Of a stretch of 59,229 nucleotides of DNA, positions 46,731 through 59,229 are shown one piece after another. The notes under the pieces were generated by a model. It did no database searches, was not told the origin of the DNA, and worked only from the letters and a program-made list of their open reading frames with translations. The DNA is from Catajapyx aquilonaris (lineage: Eukaryota). Location of the stretch: assembly GCA_000934665.2 (NCBI GenBank), contig KZ538625.1:1-59229 (forward strand), given 5' to 3'. The position numbers and the translations under genes were made by a program. How positions within the stretch are numbered: the first letter of the stretch is position 1; every line of letters starts with the position of its first letter.

Positions 46731-47106
46731 TATTTTTATTTTGAATGTCTGCAGCAGTGGCCTTGAGGATGAACAAAATGTAGTAAGTAAATTATAAATG
46801 TGAACCCATGCTTATCTATCAATATTAATATCTCAGTGAGTGGGAGGAAGGCTACATTTTTTTCAGAAGTTGTGGAATGATAGCAACAAGTCATCATTAT
46901 GGCCACTGATTGATGAGGGAGGGTGGGTGGGGCTCTGCTGCCTGACCCCTATTTGCAAGTTAAATTTTAGTTTTAACTTACTGTATTTTTCATTGGATTG
47001 GTTGATTAGAGGAGTCACTGCATCTAAAGGCTACCTGGCATTGGGGAGAGTGAGAGGGAAAGACAGATTTTTGGACAGTGGGAGGAAATGGGAGAACCTC
47101 AATTAA

Positions 47107-47262
47107 CCCTGTAATGCCACTAATATAAGTAATGCCCACTGGGTCATATCTGGCACACCATTTAGTGCAATTTTTGCAACTTTTGCAATTTTTATATTTT
47201 CTGTAAGTGTGCCAAATTGCACTAAATGGTGTGGCAGATATGACCCAAGGGGCATTACAGGG
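47107..47262. mobile_element. Small piggyBac-like hairpin MITE inserted in a degenerate family A SINE (~47076-47352)
   Basis: TTAA|CCCTGTAATGCC...GGCATTACAGGG|TTA; internal inverted arms. Confidence 0.78.
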
Positions 47263-47762
47263 TTACCCACACGAACATGTAGAGAACCTCTCAAAACTCT
47301 TTCCACATGAGAAAAACGATCCTGGGGTTCAAATGCTGGACCCCATAGGTGGGAGATTAGATGGAAGGAAACTTGTGCATTTTGGAAAAGCTGGTCACCC
47401 TTGTTTTTACAGGCATCTATATTATTAATACCCGACTGTTGTGGAAACTCCTCCCGCACTGTATGGCCTACAGCAGTGGGAGTGGTGTTCAAATTTTGCC
47501 CACGTTTTCTACATTTGCAAATCAGTTTTGTTTTTTAGAACCAGTGCCGAGGAACTTTGTAAAACTCAAAAAACTCAGAAAACCCCCAAAAAAGAGCGGC
47601 CAACCATGGAATTCCCATTTCTGCCGTTACAGGATGGGTGCGGCTGACTCGCTTACTTCTGCACATTACCGCCGGATGTTGCAGTCTCTCTCCCTCTCCC
47701 TCTCTCCCTCTGGTCCAAACTTCACTTTCGCACTTCTGCCTCATTTTTTGCCAAGTTGGTGT

Positions 47763-48510
47763 CTACTATCCGTTTATTTAATATAGACCCCTGTGTTTGA
47801 CTCTAAACAACTCCCAGGCAAATTATCAAAAAAAATAATGGTATGTATCGTTAGAAAGCTTGTTTAAATCCACGTTACATACATGCGAGTTGTTTTCCTA
47901 TCGTCAGTCTCTAATTTTTTATCGTAAAAAGAAGGCAGAAAAGTGTCATTTTTTGACTAGTTACCGACGTTACACCGCAAAGTGATTTTTTATGACACTT
48001 TCAGGAGGCCAAAAAAATCCACCTGTGAACCCTGGCTAGTGCACATCTTTGTCTATCTAATGATATATTTGAAACATTGAGATCGCCATTTGTGTAATAA
48101 TAATGAAGTTAATTGCACACCTCTGTTATCTTGGCTTTTTATAATCCGAATTACTTCGGGAATGTATCGACGGCAAGCCAAAAATGTGCGTGATAAGATT
48201 ACATTGTGCTCTATTACACTAAAAATTTTACAAGTATTGTTTTAGTCGGTTTAATAGAAAATGACCCAGCCTGCTTTCTGGCGGGAATAGACGGCAATAC
48301 TTTTAAATACTTTTTAAAAATTTAGTGTAATAGAGTACGGTGCAATCTTATCACGCACATTTCTGGCTTGCCGCTGATACATTCCCGAAGTGCTGGTTCC
48401 GGGGGCCTGGGGCTTCGGCTAACGATACATACCATTATTTTTTTGGATAATTTGCCTGGGAGTTGTTTGGAGTCAAACACAGGGCTCTATATTAAATAAA
48501 CGGATAGTAG
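47763..48510. mobile_element. TIR element with ~90-bp TIRs carrying the fold-back module
   Basis: CTACTATCCGTTTATTTAATATAGA.CCCTGTGTTTGACTC...GTATCGTTAG is mirrored at 48419-48510. Confidence 0.85.
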
Positions 48511-49218
48511 TGTCATAATATTTGGGTAATGTAGTGCGTTGACAACTTTTCATTCAACTTTTGAGAAATAATTAGAGCAATTCATTTTTACAATGAAGGT
48601 TTTTCCAAATACCCAGGAAATAAAATACTGTAGCTCTGCAACACTTTCCAAGAGAGGGCAGGTCAATGCTCCCCATCCCCCACTTCCCCTGTGCTTGTGC
48701 TTCTGATGTCATCAACAGAGCAGGAATTGCATGTCATAAGCTTTGAGTGTGGTTGACATCCAAAAGAGACCACATTAGTGAAATCACTCTGCATAAACTG
48801 GTGCTTTCATTTCTAGAATTTTAAAAAAAATCAATGTCATCAATGGATTCCTACTCGTGATGTAATTTGCGTCATAGTGAATCCCTACAGGTCAACAGGT
48901 AGGGTTTACACTCTACCAGGAGGTGAAAAGAAGCTTGCAGAGGTCACTAAAAACTTCATGGACTCAACAAAGACTATTAGCCTTGATTTCTGAGCCACCA
49001 CCTGCAGCATATAGACAAATGCTATGTTAATGTTTTGGGGTAATCTGATGCAAGATTATTTTGTGTATATTGAATTCAATATTTTAGTTGCCATCAACTA
49101 AAATTGAAATGTTTAATAAGCACTATCATGATACTGACGGCTAGATTTGGCTAGAGCTAAACTTTTGTGAAAACCTAGGTACGGATGTTGGTATTTTTCT
49201 GCATGTGTGAAACTTGTA

Positions 49219-49380
49219 CAGTGTTGGACATAAATCGAAACGTATTGCTAGCGACATTTTCCGAAGCGGCAGAAGACAGACTCGAAGATAAGGATACTGC
49301 AAGCCGGGCGAGCAAGATTCCTTCTTCTGCCGCTTCGGAAAATGTCGCTAGCAGTATGACTCGATTAATGTCCAACACTG
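49219..49380. mobile_element. 162-bp hairpin MITE (copy 2)
   Basis: TA|CAGTGTTGGACAT...ATGTCCAACACTG|TA. Confidence 0.9.
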
Positions 49381-49672
49381 TACCGGTACTCTCTGTATCA
49401 CCTGATCCCATTGTGATCCCAAAATGAAACTTNCCACATATCTACAAATATATGGGGGGTGGATTACCACCATCGGGATTATTTTTGGAGCTAGTCAAGA
49501 TTTAATCTTGTTAGTATGCTCCAAAATGTGATCCCAAAATGAAACTTTGGGAGGTGCAAGAGAATAGAACAAAGTAATTTTGAGAACTTTTTCAAAATTT
49601 TAAAAATGTCGTTTTCTGAAATATGTAGTATACAATTTAAAATTGAAGCTAGTTTTAAAATTTTAAGATATA

Positions 49673-50226
49673 CAGGGTGTTTCAGAGTCACGGGTCAAGC
49701 GTGTGTGAGGGGGTGGGGAAAAATCCTAGGTGGCTATAACCTTGGTCTGTTTTATAAAACAATTAGAAATATGGCAGTAAACGATTTATTTATTACGGCC
49801 GTATGGAGTGACGTCACATCCTTGCTATTCGAATTGACTGGCGCGGACTTGCAGGTGCAGCATGGGTTGAACGGCTTTTTAGCCTTGCGGGTTGCACTGA
49901 AACAGGCGCTCTCATGCTATGCCGGTAGGGTACTGTACAAAGTAGTGTACTGTGCAGTAGTGTGTACAGTACCCTGCCGGTATAGCAGGAGAGCGCCTTT
50001 TTCAGTGCAACCTGCAAGGCTAAAAAGCCATTCAACCCATGCTGCACCTGCAAGTTTGCGCCAGTCAATTCGAATAGCAAGGATGTGACGTCACACCGTA
50101 CGACCGTAATAAATAAATCGATTACTGCCGTATTTCTAATTGTTTTATAAGACCAGCCGGGGTTGTCGACACCTACCATTTTTCCCCACCCCCTCGCGTG
50201 CTGGACCGTGACTCTGAAACACCCTG
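49673..50226. mobile_element. Near-perfect 554-bp palindromic Tc1/mariner-type MITE
   Basis: TA|CAGGGTGTTTCAGAGTCACGG; arms pair up to a ~25-bp loop near 49950. Confidence 0.92.
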
Positions 50227-50758
50227 TATGTTAACCTCTGTCGTGTTACATATCAAATTAAAGCCTATCAAAAGACCTTAAAAATGAGACCTTTCCCAGG
50301 TTTCTATCTCATCTGGTTTCTGAGAAAACAGTACTTAACTAATTCAAGACGCAACAATTTTTCATGAAAATCTGAATTTTGATATTTAATAACTTTTGAA
50401 CGGCACCTGGGCAAAAAAAAAAAAAAAAAAAAAAAATCTTATGGTTTTCATTCTTAACTATGTAAGGACACTTGGTACACCAAGTTTCATCAAAATCTGG
50501 GGGGGTCAAGGCAGAATCAGTGTTATTTGACATTGAATGACAGCCAATCCCCACAAATGCACCAAAAGTAATAGCCTGTTACTCCATACAAATCAGTCCT
50601 ACCTGGTCCTACCAATTCTGGCAGAGTGGAGATTTATATCTCTAAATTGCTTTCGGTGACTTGCGTCCCAATCATCGTAGAAAGTTCACATGCCTAGTGA
50701 TTCATTAGTGTCTAGTGATTCATTATTCTATCGGGCTTTAGTAACCTCAATGTCTTAC

Positions 50759-51350
50759 CTAGTGTGGATGAGTGACCTGTAGCATTGCTTCTTGGCCTAT
50801 ACAGACTATTAACCAAAGTGAGCCGAGCCTGCTAGAGATTTTTTGCATATGCACATTGACTCCAAATTCCTTCTTTAGGCTAGTCTATAGCTCCTCTTCT
50901 CCCGTCGACGCCCGGTTGCCCGTCCAGGTACGATTAATCGCCGCACAAATCACTCAGACGTCAGTCAGTACGCAATACACGTTACATTCATCAGTAGGCA
51001 CAGAAGCCGCAGGAGGCCGCTCACTGAAAGAAGCGAATGTTCTCCACTGACCTCCACTGTGTACTGAACACGGCTTTAGAAGTCCTGCTCTGTGATACTG
51101 ACTGTTAACTACTTCTTTCTTCGCCTCATTCCCATTCTGCTGGGTTCGCTAACTTCGCTTCGATCTCAGCCGAGAGCAGGCTCCACTGTCCACTGAAAAT
51201 TAGGGCGCAAAGTAGCACAGCAGTTACAATTAACTGCTAAAGCCATTCGCATTCGCGGAGTTCTCATTCACAGTTACAAAAGAATAATTATGTCGCTCAC
51301 GCTCGTATAGGTGCTATCAGGAACTCACGCAGGAACTCAAGCGATTCATG
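50759..51350 (-). promoter_or_regulatory. Candidate promoter and non-coding first exon of furry
   Basis: The ATG-containing exon has an upstream acceptor, so a 5'UTR exon is expected. This is a CpG-richer, non-repetitive stretch ending in a strong donor AG|GTAAGA at 50759/50758. Inference only. Confidence 0.35.
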
Positions 51351-52414
51351 ATTAGCTTTTTATACTTGGATTATGCGGAATTTTATTCAACATTTTAATC
51401 AACGATAATTCGTGTGCATACTATTTTCTTCTCTCATTGTCTTCAGCATATTGAATATTGATAATTGCTTGGTTAAGTTCTGGGAGCACTTCTGAGCAGT
51501 TTTGTTCATGAAATTAATTAGTGTCATCTCATTGCACTCTTTCATTTGATACGTATATGAGTAATGTGTATCTATAAGCACTTTCGCCTGACTTTTGCAG
51601 TAAGGTACCATAATAAATGGGTGCATAGTAGCACCAATATTTCTGTCAATTTTTTTTCTAAAAAGCTATATACTGTTTTGTATTTGGCAATCGGTTATTA
51701 GTGTAATGCCCCATGATTTTTTTATATAAAATTCTATATATGTCTTCAACCCATCACTCAGGACTGCTTTGACATGTAATGGCCCATAGTGGCCTCATTG
51801 TACGTAGATCACCCCTAGGGCAATGTTCAGATGTTTCTGATACCCCATTAATGAAGTAGAACCTGCTATACATCCTTTCAGGGTGTCACCTTTTAAATTT
51901 CCAATGTCATTAATCATGCTCAATGGGGTCGCGTCTTAGCCTTGCCCTGGGATTTGGGTAATTTGTACATGAATAGCTCAACCATACATAAAGTAATAAA
52001 CAAGCGTATTCCACCACTGTTCGGCACCTAAATGTCATTCCTCGATAAATTATTGGGGGGTTTAAAAGTCATTTGCAAATTGGCAGGAAAAAAGGGGCCA
52101 TAGCCTAAAAAGCGCATTCCCACTGCTGTATATAACCAAGCTAACAACAGTGACGTCAGCAGGCCGTTGCCTCGCGGTCGTTCGATTCAGCTTGTGTACT
52201 GGGCGGCTGCGGTCATTCGATTCTGTTGTTAGGCAACGAACAAAGGAACAAAGCAACCCAGGTGCATTCCTGCGTCTGCACAGATCTTTTAACAACAGTG
52301 ACGTCAGATGGCAATACGATACCGTATAATTATTATGATCTTAGAACTTAGATCGACCATAGCTCGTAAACTAATATGTATTTCTTCAAACAAAAAACAC
52401 CAAAATTAATTTAA

Positions 52415-52706
52415 CCCTGGAACCGTGACGTGGGGTCTTTTAGGACCCCAAAGTAATTAAAATGCATTAAAATGATAATTACAATGAACTTTTGCCATTA
52501 AAAAGAGTATATAACAGGAAGTGCATGTTTATTTTGAATTAGTGATCATTTTAGGCATTGTTCAAAGAATGATTGCATATAGTCAATACATTTAAAAGTA
52601 TTATATAAAAATTAATAAACATTAAAATATGGCATGGGATCCTAAAAGACCCCATGTCATGGTTGCCGTAACTTTCAGGCATGTGCCGCACGTCACAGTT
52701 CCCGAG
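52415..52706. mobile_element. piggyBac-like MITE
   Basis: TTAA flanks; GGAAC.GTGACGTG terminal and TGGGGTCTTTTAGGA.CCCA subterminal inverted repeats. Confidence 0.78.
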
Positions 52707-55700
52707 TTAAAAATATAATGACGATTTTTTACATGAGTTTGCAAAATGTAGGCTAGAACCCCATTCTGATAAATTTTGAACACAGAGAGAGGACCCATCA
52801 AAAGTTTCCAACATGAGATTAATGAAACTTTAAGCTCTCAATGGTATACACACTCTACAAGTTAGCATCCAAACATTCCTGCAATATTGCTGTAGATCCC
52901 TGGGCAACACTCCGCCATCCTCATTCATAATATTGCAATCCACTCAAATCATGAGAATATGAAATCAGTAACTCCTATCTGTGGAAGAGAAAATGTGACA
53001 GAAGTGTGCAACCAGTCTTCCCTCATGCCACTAACTTTATGTGCATTGATTAGAGATGTCCTCTAATAGTAGCTGCCAGGGTTTAAAGTGGTAAATTAAT
53101 CCAACACTCTAGCATAAAATGTTTTAAAACTGTTTAATATTTCTTAAACTTTAATGATTGTCATACTATCATACTATACTAGAATGCATTCACACACATC
53201 ATCAAATATTGCCGCACAATATTTGATAATGTGCTGTACATACAGTAAAACAGGTACTGCAGTAGAGACCTCAGCAATGTGCTCTAGCATGCACTCACTC
53301 TTACAGTCAACTGTACAATCATTTCTTGGCATGTAGTCAGAAGGTCTTGTGATAATTATTGTTGCAGCATAGCCTCTTTATGAAGGTACTGTACAAATAC
53401 TGTATATTGCAGCCAGTTTAAAAAAAAAAATAGACACCCCTTAGTAAATCTACAGGGTGATCCCTTAGTATTGTACTCTCAGTTTGCCTGATATAAAGAG
53501 AAGTGTTATTTGTTCAATTGTGTGAGGATTTTTATCAAGGATTCTCAAGGTGACACCACAAAAACATCAGAAGTTGTGCAGCCAAAGTGAGCCATAAATG
53601 AATCTATATAAAATTTAACAATAATATTTCATGTCATAAATGAGACATATTGGCATATTTAATGAGTATCAGAGGACAATAGCAATGCATTGCAATGACA
53701 CTATGCATTCAATGAACATTTGTGTTACTAGGGGAGGAACTATGAGCAGTACTGCATATTTGTACATTTTCAACATTTTGTGGAACAGCTGCATGATGCA
53801 GAACATATTCAAGATGACTTCCAGCAAGATAGTGAAAATGCCATGCCACACTTCCATAGAAATGCATGGCAATCATTGAGTGTTTCTCTCCTGAGCAACT
53901 TAACACCAAAGACACCATACAGCACCGTACCCAGCAGTCATCCATTTCAGCTCTACAACTCCTCTGTAACCACACACATGCTCAATGATTGTTCAGTGAA
54001 TTACATTTCTTCACATTGCTATGGTCCTCGGAATGTTCAGTGAACATTCAGGTCTAATTTTTGGCCATTCATAAACTTGGTTGCTAAATTTTAAAATTTA
54101 TCCATGGACTGATTATCATCTACTGAATTTAACTTATTACCTGGCATTATGTAGGTCCAAAGTCACGCATTAGCTTAATATTTAGAAGACACTGATAAAT
54201 GAACAAAAATTCAATGTCCAGTAATGCACATTCACTTGATGTTCACTGAACATTCGTGTGTTACTGGGGAAGGGATCTGTTACAGGATTGTTTTTGGCAT
54301 GACCTGCCACAATATATCCTTAGTGGAAGTTGCTCCTAATAATGTTAGATGAAAAAGTAAACCTCAGTTTTGCCCTACCTATTCTGGTATAGCCTACTGA
54401 AAAAATAAACAATTGAAATTATAAATTTCGCATAGAAACCTTAAATTGCTTTCGATATCACTTTTTCAAGCAATAATATATGGCTCCTCATTTTTAGCTT
54501 TGCATTGTTTACTATGAGAGTTAATTAAATCAATAATAATTATGTGATACTGGTTACACAGGTTCAGGCCCCTTAAAATGCTCAATACAATGAGAAACCA
54601 TAATTTTGCACTCATTTCTAATTACAATTTTAATGAACAATTGGCAACTCTAAAAATGAGTCATAATCAACCAGTGCCAAAATAATTGAACTAAGAATTA
54701 TATAGAATTCACAGCATCTTTTGTTGATTTTCTTGTGAGAAAAATTGATTGAAGTGTAGCATTTATAATGCTTATTATTATTTGGCTTTAATAAACATGG
54801 AAATGGAAACGTAGGAAAAATTGTGAAATTGTGAGTTTTCACAGTACCAGAATCACAGAGAGAAAAAACTACATTTCACTATTTCATATATCATTAGGAA
54901 CAACTTCCACTAAAAATTGTGATGGTTCATGGCAAAAGTGTGATCCTGCAACAGATCCTTTATTTTGTGGGGTCACCTTGAGAAAAGTTTTGTACAAACC
55001 CTACATAATAAATTGTCACATCATTGAGAGGAAACATTGCATTTGATATCAAGAAAAATGCAAGTGCCGAATTCAAATGTCTGGCAGAGCCCATTAGTCA
55101 CTTTGATCATGTAATGGAGCTTCACCTGGTTAAGCATGAAACAAGGTATATAGCCATTTGATTTTATCACATCTTATTGTCCACATGTTCTTCATTTCTA
55201 GGAAAGCAGATTGCATCAACTGATCAACCTGTAGGCCTACAGTGGATACAACATTCGCACAATGGTGTTAATTTGTTAAGGGCAACTGGCTGCATTTGCC
55301 CTTCATGAACTGCAATGCTAGCATCAAAAAAGAACCACAAGGTTGAATCTCCTGATCATTCTAACATTTCACTTGTAAGAGGCCATTAGCAAAATGAAGA
55401 TGCCTTACATGAAATCTACCTGTTTTCAAGAAAACAATTTTTCAACTCCCCATAAAAATGTACAGAGAGCAATTTGTGTGATGATGGCTTTGATCAAAGG
55501 TAAGTCAATCAATCAACTGTGCATAGGCATACGTATATAAGTAACTATGAGATTTAAAAATCTTGAGGCTTCAGATTGGTCTCACCAATAATCTCACTAA
55601 ATTTGATGGCACTCAGTGACGCCAGTCTTTGACCAAATGATAAATTTCAACCAGAAAAAACAATACTGGTACCCTCAATGACAATTAATATGGGTGAGCA

Positions 55701-55755
55701 GCTTTGAGTAGAAGTCCAATTACTGATACCAAAAAGAGTGGGGGTGTTCAATGTA

Positions 55756-56298
55756 CAGTAAAACTTCTATAAGTCGAAGAAAATTATGAGCTTGGTTGGT
55801 CACAATGTAAAATAATAGGAAATACACTTCCTTAACTCAGATTTCTATAACTCGAAGTGCAGGCAGGGCCTTACGATGGGATGTTGATGCATTTTCAGTC
55901 TCCCTAAGTTGGCGAGTACAGAAAATTTTTTAATTTCCCAGCCGAAGGGTCGAGAGTAGGCCACATGTACAGAAAGGCTCTTTCCTGATCTCCGTCTGCC
56001 AAAAGAAGTGTTTGACTCGATTGTGACAATTATTGAATCATTTATTAAGAGTCAGAGCCGATCTAAGAGTAGGCAAATGTCCATAACAGAGTTTTTTACA
56101 ACAAAACAATGAGGAACATTGTAGTGTGATAGTGACAGTTACTTTTAAGTTTTGAACATCTTTCTTCGCGGGATATAAAGGTACTCTTCCTTACAGAGTT
56201 ATGTGCTTAAAAAATTCCAAACTTCTCTAACTCGAATCTTCTATAACTCGAAGTTTTTTCCCGGTCCCATGGAGATTCTACTTATAGAAGTTTTACTG
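55756..56298 (+). mobile_element. Tigger/pogo-derived MITE
   Basis: CAGTAAAACTTCTATAAGT TIRs; subterminal CTATAACTCGAA repeats; C-terminal remnant RQMSITEFF. Confidence 0.85.
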
Positions 56299-56532
56299 AA
56301 TGTACTGCAAATTGTGGTTTCTGGTGATAACTTCACGTGAATGACTAAGAGTCCATAGGATATATGGGCTACTCTCCAACAAAAATGTGGGATTGGTAGC
56401 TGAGAAATAATATTACTTCTCCTAGCTTAGCACTTACACTGACGAGAGCTATTTTTGGAAGGATAATATTATACCAGCTCCATTCAAAACCACATGATTT
56501 TTCAACCTCCACTTACAACCATGCCTACATTG

Positions 56533-57298
56533 CACAGTGTGTCCAAACGCGAGAACACTTGGACAAAAATGGTAAAACCAAGTTGGCAGAGTCATGTCAA
56601 ATCTGCCCGAATGTAATAAATTAATGTCTGAACAATAATAAAAAGAACCCTTGGTAGGTTAAATTGAGATGCGTTTTATGCCACGCAGGTACTCAAGTCG
56701 ACTGTTTGCCCGCCACCTTTTTGTGTCTGTTCAGTCGGCTTCGAATGGTCATGGAAGAAAGGTCACTGCATTTCCAAATTCAGGCTCATCCGGATTTTAA
56801 GCTGTGCATAAAATATCTCTGGCTAAGTACTACTTACTCTCATGTAGCAATTTGAATGTGACCTTGAAGTATCGGTGCCAAGCGCTCCTTTCTTGAGGCC
56901 TCCATCACCCGTATTTGTCACGTCAATGATTTGATTTCAAAGACGAAAAGTAACGGCTTTCACAATATTTCACTTCGAATCACACATTAAACGAAAGACT
57001 AGACTTCCTAGTTATAGACTCACTTCGTTTCAATCCCACATAATCCCACATTTTATCCAAAAAGGAGGCAGCATTTGTCATGCTACCCCGACAAAAGTTG
57101 CAATTATGTGCACTTAAAACTAAGTGAATCTATAACAGGGGAGTATAGTCATTCATTTGGTGCGCCATTCAAAGGGAAACTTGTGAAATTCACTACTTTT
57201 CATCTTGAAAATCAGAGGAATATCGTGACCTTCATGACAAATCCGCGCGGAATGGAAGCCATTTTTGTCCAAGCATTTCCGCGTTTGGACACACTGTG
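56533..57298. mobile_element. Transib-type non-autonomous element with RSS-like TIRs
   Basis: 5-bp TSD CATTG (56528-56532 and 57299-57303); 40-bp TIRs beginning CACAGTG; no transposase ORF. Confidence 0.85.
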
Positions 57299-58602
57299 CA
57301 TTGGTATAGTGCAGGTTTGTTGAGTTTCAAATGGCACCACACCTTTGGTACTGTAATGTTGATTTGCTTAGTAGTGACAACAAACAATAGTCATGACGTG
57401 ACGTCATTAGGGACTAATCAAAATCACACTACAGACTGGATCACATGTAACCTACTAAAATCACCCTCGTATCATGTAATCTTTTATGGTAGCATTTGAT
57501 GCTGGTGAAATATCAATTTGGCATGTTCCTTGTGGCAGCTTCATTCTGCTAGTAACTCATTAACTGCATGAACATTTTTCTTGGGAGGAATAGCAACAAG
57601 AATTGGCACATAAGTTGGCACCTGCTTAAACAGCCAATCGAAATGTTGAGTAGCTGGCAGTCACTTGTCAAGTCTGTGGGTTGAAATATTAAGGCAAAAA
57701 TGTGAATATTAAAACCAGTGTCCACATTTTGCATTATAAAATCACCCTATATGTCACTTTGAAAATAATCCAGTCATATAACTCTTACATATCCCATAAT
57801 CTGCTTTGTGTGTTCCTGACCCCCCCCCCCCAAACAAACATTCTACAGATGGTAACAAACTGGCAGGTCAAGTGAGTGGCAGGCAATTCCTTGATTCCAA
57901 AAAGTTGACAATGTATGAATGTGAAAATCATGGAGTGTCACCTTATGAAATAAATGTCAATTAAATTGCATTATTAAATGTCGACACAATCCTTACTGGC
58001 CTAATTTTAAGTGTGGGTTAATGAAAAATGGAGTAATGGCATTAAATAAGATGAAAAGACAGACACACAGAATGTATAAGTAACATCTACTATTGTTACA
58101 CATAAACTGCAGCAAAGCACTGTAATCACAGTGCAAAATAACATTCTCTGTCTTAATGTATGACCAAGAATATTCCTCTAATCACCAGCTGCCCAGTTGA
58201 TTCACTAGTTTGTTACATCTTGAACATGTCAATTGTATACATAACAAATATTACCCAGCCATAACTCATTCCTTAGTTTGTACTTTCCAAATGGCCCCTT
58301 GCCTTCCTCTTGATTCTTCGAAGACCTACCAGTACTGATATGAATTGTTCAGATAACCTTAAGCATTAAAATAATTTCTATTTGTGAGTGATGTTAATAA
58401 TACAGTTAATTTTAAAATCCACTTAATAAAAGTATTCTGAATGGGAAAAATATTACTTTAAATGTGGCATTGATGGTTGACAGGGCTCATTCTTCTCGTC
58501 CACTAGCACCAAGAAATAAATGTTTCTCTCTTGTCCTAGTGAGTTTCTTATCACAGACAATGTGAGGTGTCCTCACAAAAAAAAGACCTGAATTTAAGAC
58601 AT

Positions 58603-58976
58603 TTAAAAATATGGGTCCCGTTCTCGGTCCATGGGTATTTGGCCATTCAATAGCACATGACTATTTCTCTTAATAGTTGCTGTCTCAAAGTCCTTGCTGA
58701 ACATAGCAGGTGTTTCCTTTGAGGAAGAGTCCATGGCACTGTTGTTCTTCTTGGCAGTCAGTGTTGGCACAGACACATAGGAATTTTGTTTTGGCTTCGT
58801 TGTGATATAATGAGGACTGCTAGGAATTTCAGGCTTCCTCTTCTTAAATATGTAATACATTATTCCAGAAGAGGCCAGTGCACCTACAATAAAAGCACAC
58901 ACAGTGGCTCCAATAATGATTCCAATCAGGTGCTGGTTGTCATTGCCGTTGGTGAGTGCCAGTGAATTCAGGTTGT
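58603..58976 (-). CDS. Sema5c: Last coding exon (TM helix + cytoplasmic tail) of a single-pass membrane protein, probably class-5 semaphorin; gene continues beyond the window
   Basis: CTTCCAG acceptor at 58978-58977; hydrophobic LIGIIIGATVCAFIVGALASSGIMYYIF followed by KKRK. Tail motifs IPSSPHYIT.K.QNSYVSVP and DFETATIKRNSH are recalled from arthropod Semaphorin-5, not searched. Confidence 0.72.
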
Positions 58977-59229
58977 CTGGAAGACAAGAGTATTGTCATG
59001 TGAAAGTTCCTATAGAGTAGTGCCACATCAGACTCTAAAATTGTGACCTTATTTCTAGACTGAGTTTCACATTATTTATTTTCTTTCAAAATTAATTTCA
59101 GTATGTTGCATTGCCTGGGTACTCTTTAATTTAGCAAAAAGATTGGCATACTTTCTTTTGTTTTTCTGTGTTTATGTCTTGGCTATCCTGGCGCTGCCAG
59201 GTTACCGTGGTTGTTTATTTTGCGAGTTT

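Noticed and set aside
49606..50179. Pair of overlapping near-identical sense/antisense ORFs
   Set aside because: A direct consequence of the palindrome; no recognisable protein features.
53720..54270. Short inverted motifs (GTTCAGTGAACAT; GTGTTACTGGGA) suggesting a MITE
   Set aside because: Too degenerate to define boundaries.
56664..57323. Small ORFs inside the Transib-like element as a possible RAG1-like transposase
   Set aside because: Short and lacking any recognisable DDE or RAG1-core motif; the element is non-autonomous.

Overview
Eukaryotic genomic DNA, most likely arthropod/insect, AT-rich, with three short N gaps. One complete protein-coding gene is reconstructable on the minus strand: furry (fry; Tao3/Mor2/FRY scaffold). 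It has 11 coding exons from 40837 to 20314, all introns are GT-AG with consistent phases, and the CDS is 11,388 nt (~3,795 aa) with unusually large low-complexity insertions. The last coding exon of an upstream minus-strand transmembrane gene, probably class-5 semaphorin, lies at the right edge. Almost everything else is a dense, nested set of non-autonomous mobile elements. These include at least four tRNA-derived SINE families with TSDs and a shared 3' tail, Tc1/mariner/pogo, piggyBac-like, hAT and Harbinger-like MITEs, an Academ-like remnant, and many long fold-back palindromes. The most striking element is a 766-bp Transib-type MITE whose two ends both read CACAGTG + exactly 23 bp + ACAAAAATG, resembling a V(D)J 23-RSS, with a 5-bp TSD. 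No prokaryotic systems, CRISPR arrays or intact autonomous transposons were seen. All calls come from reading the sequence; no database search was run.
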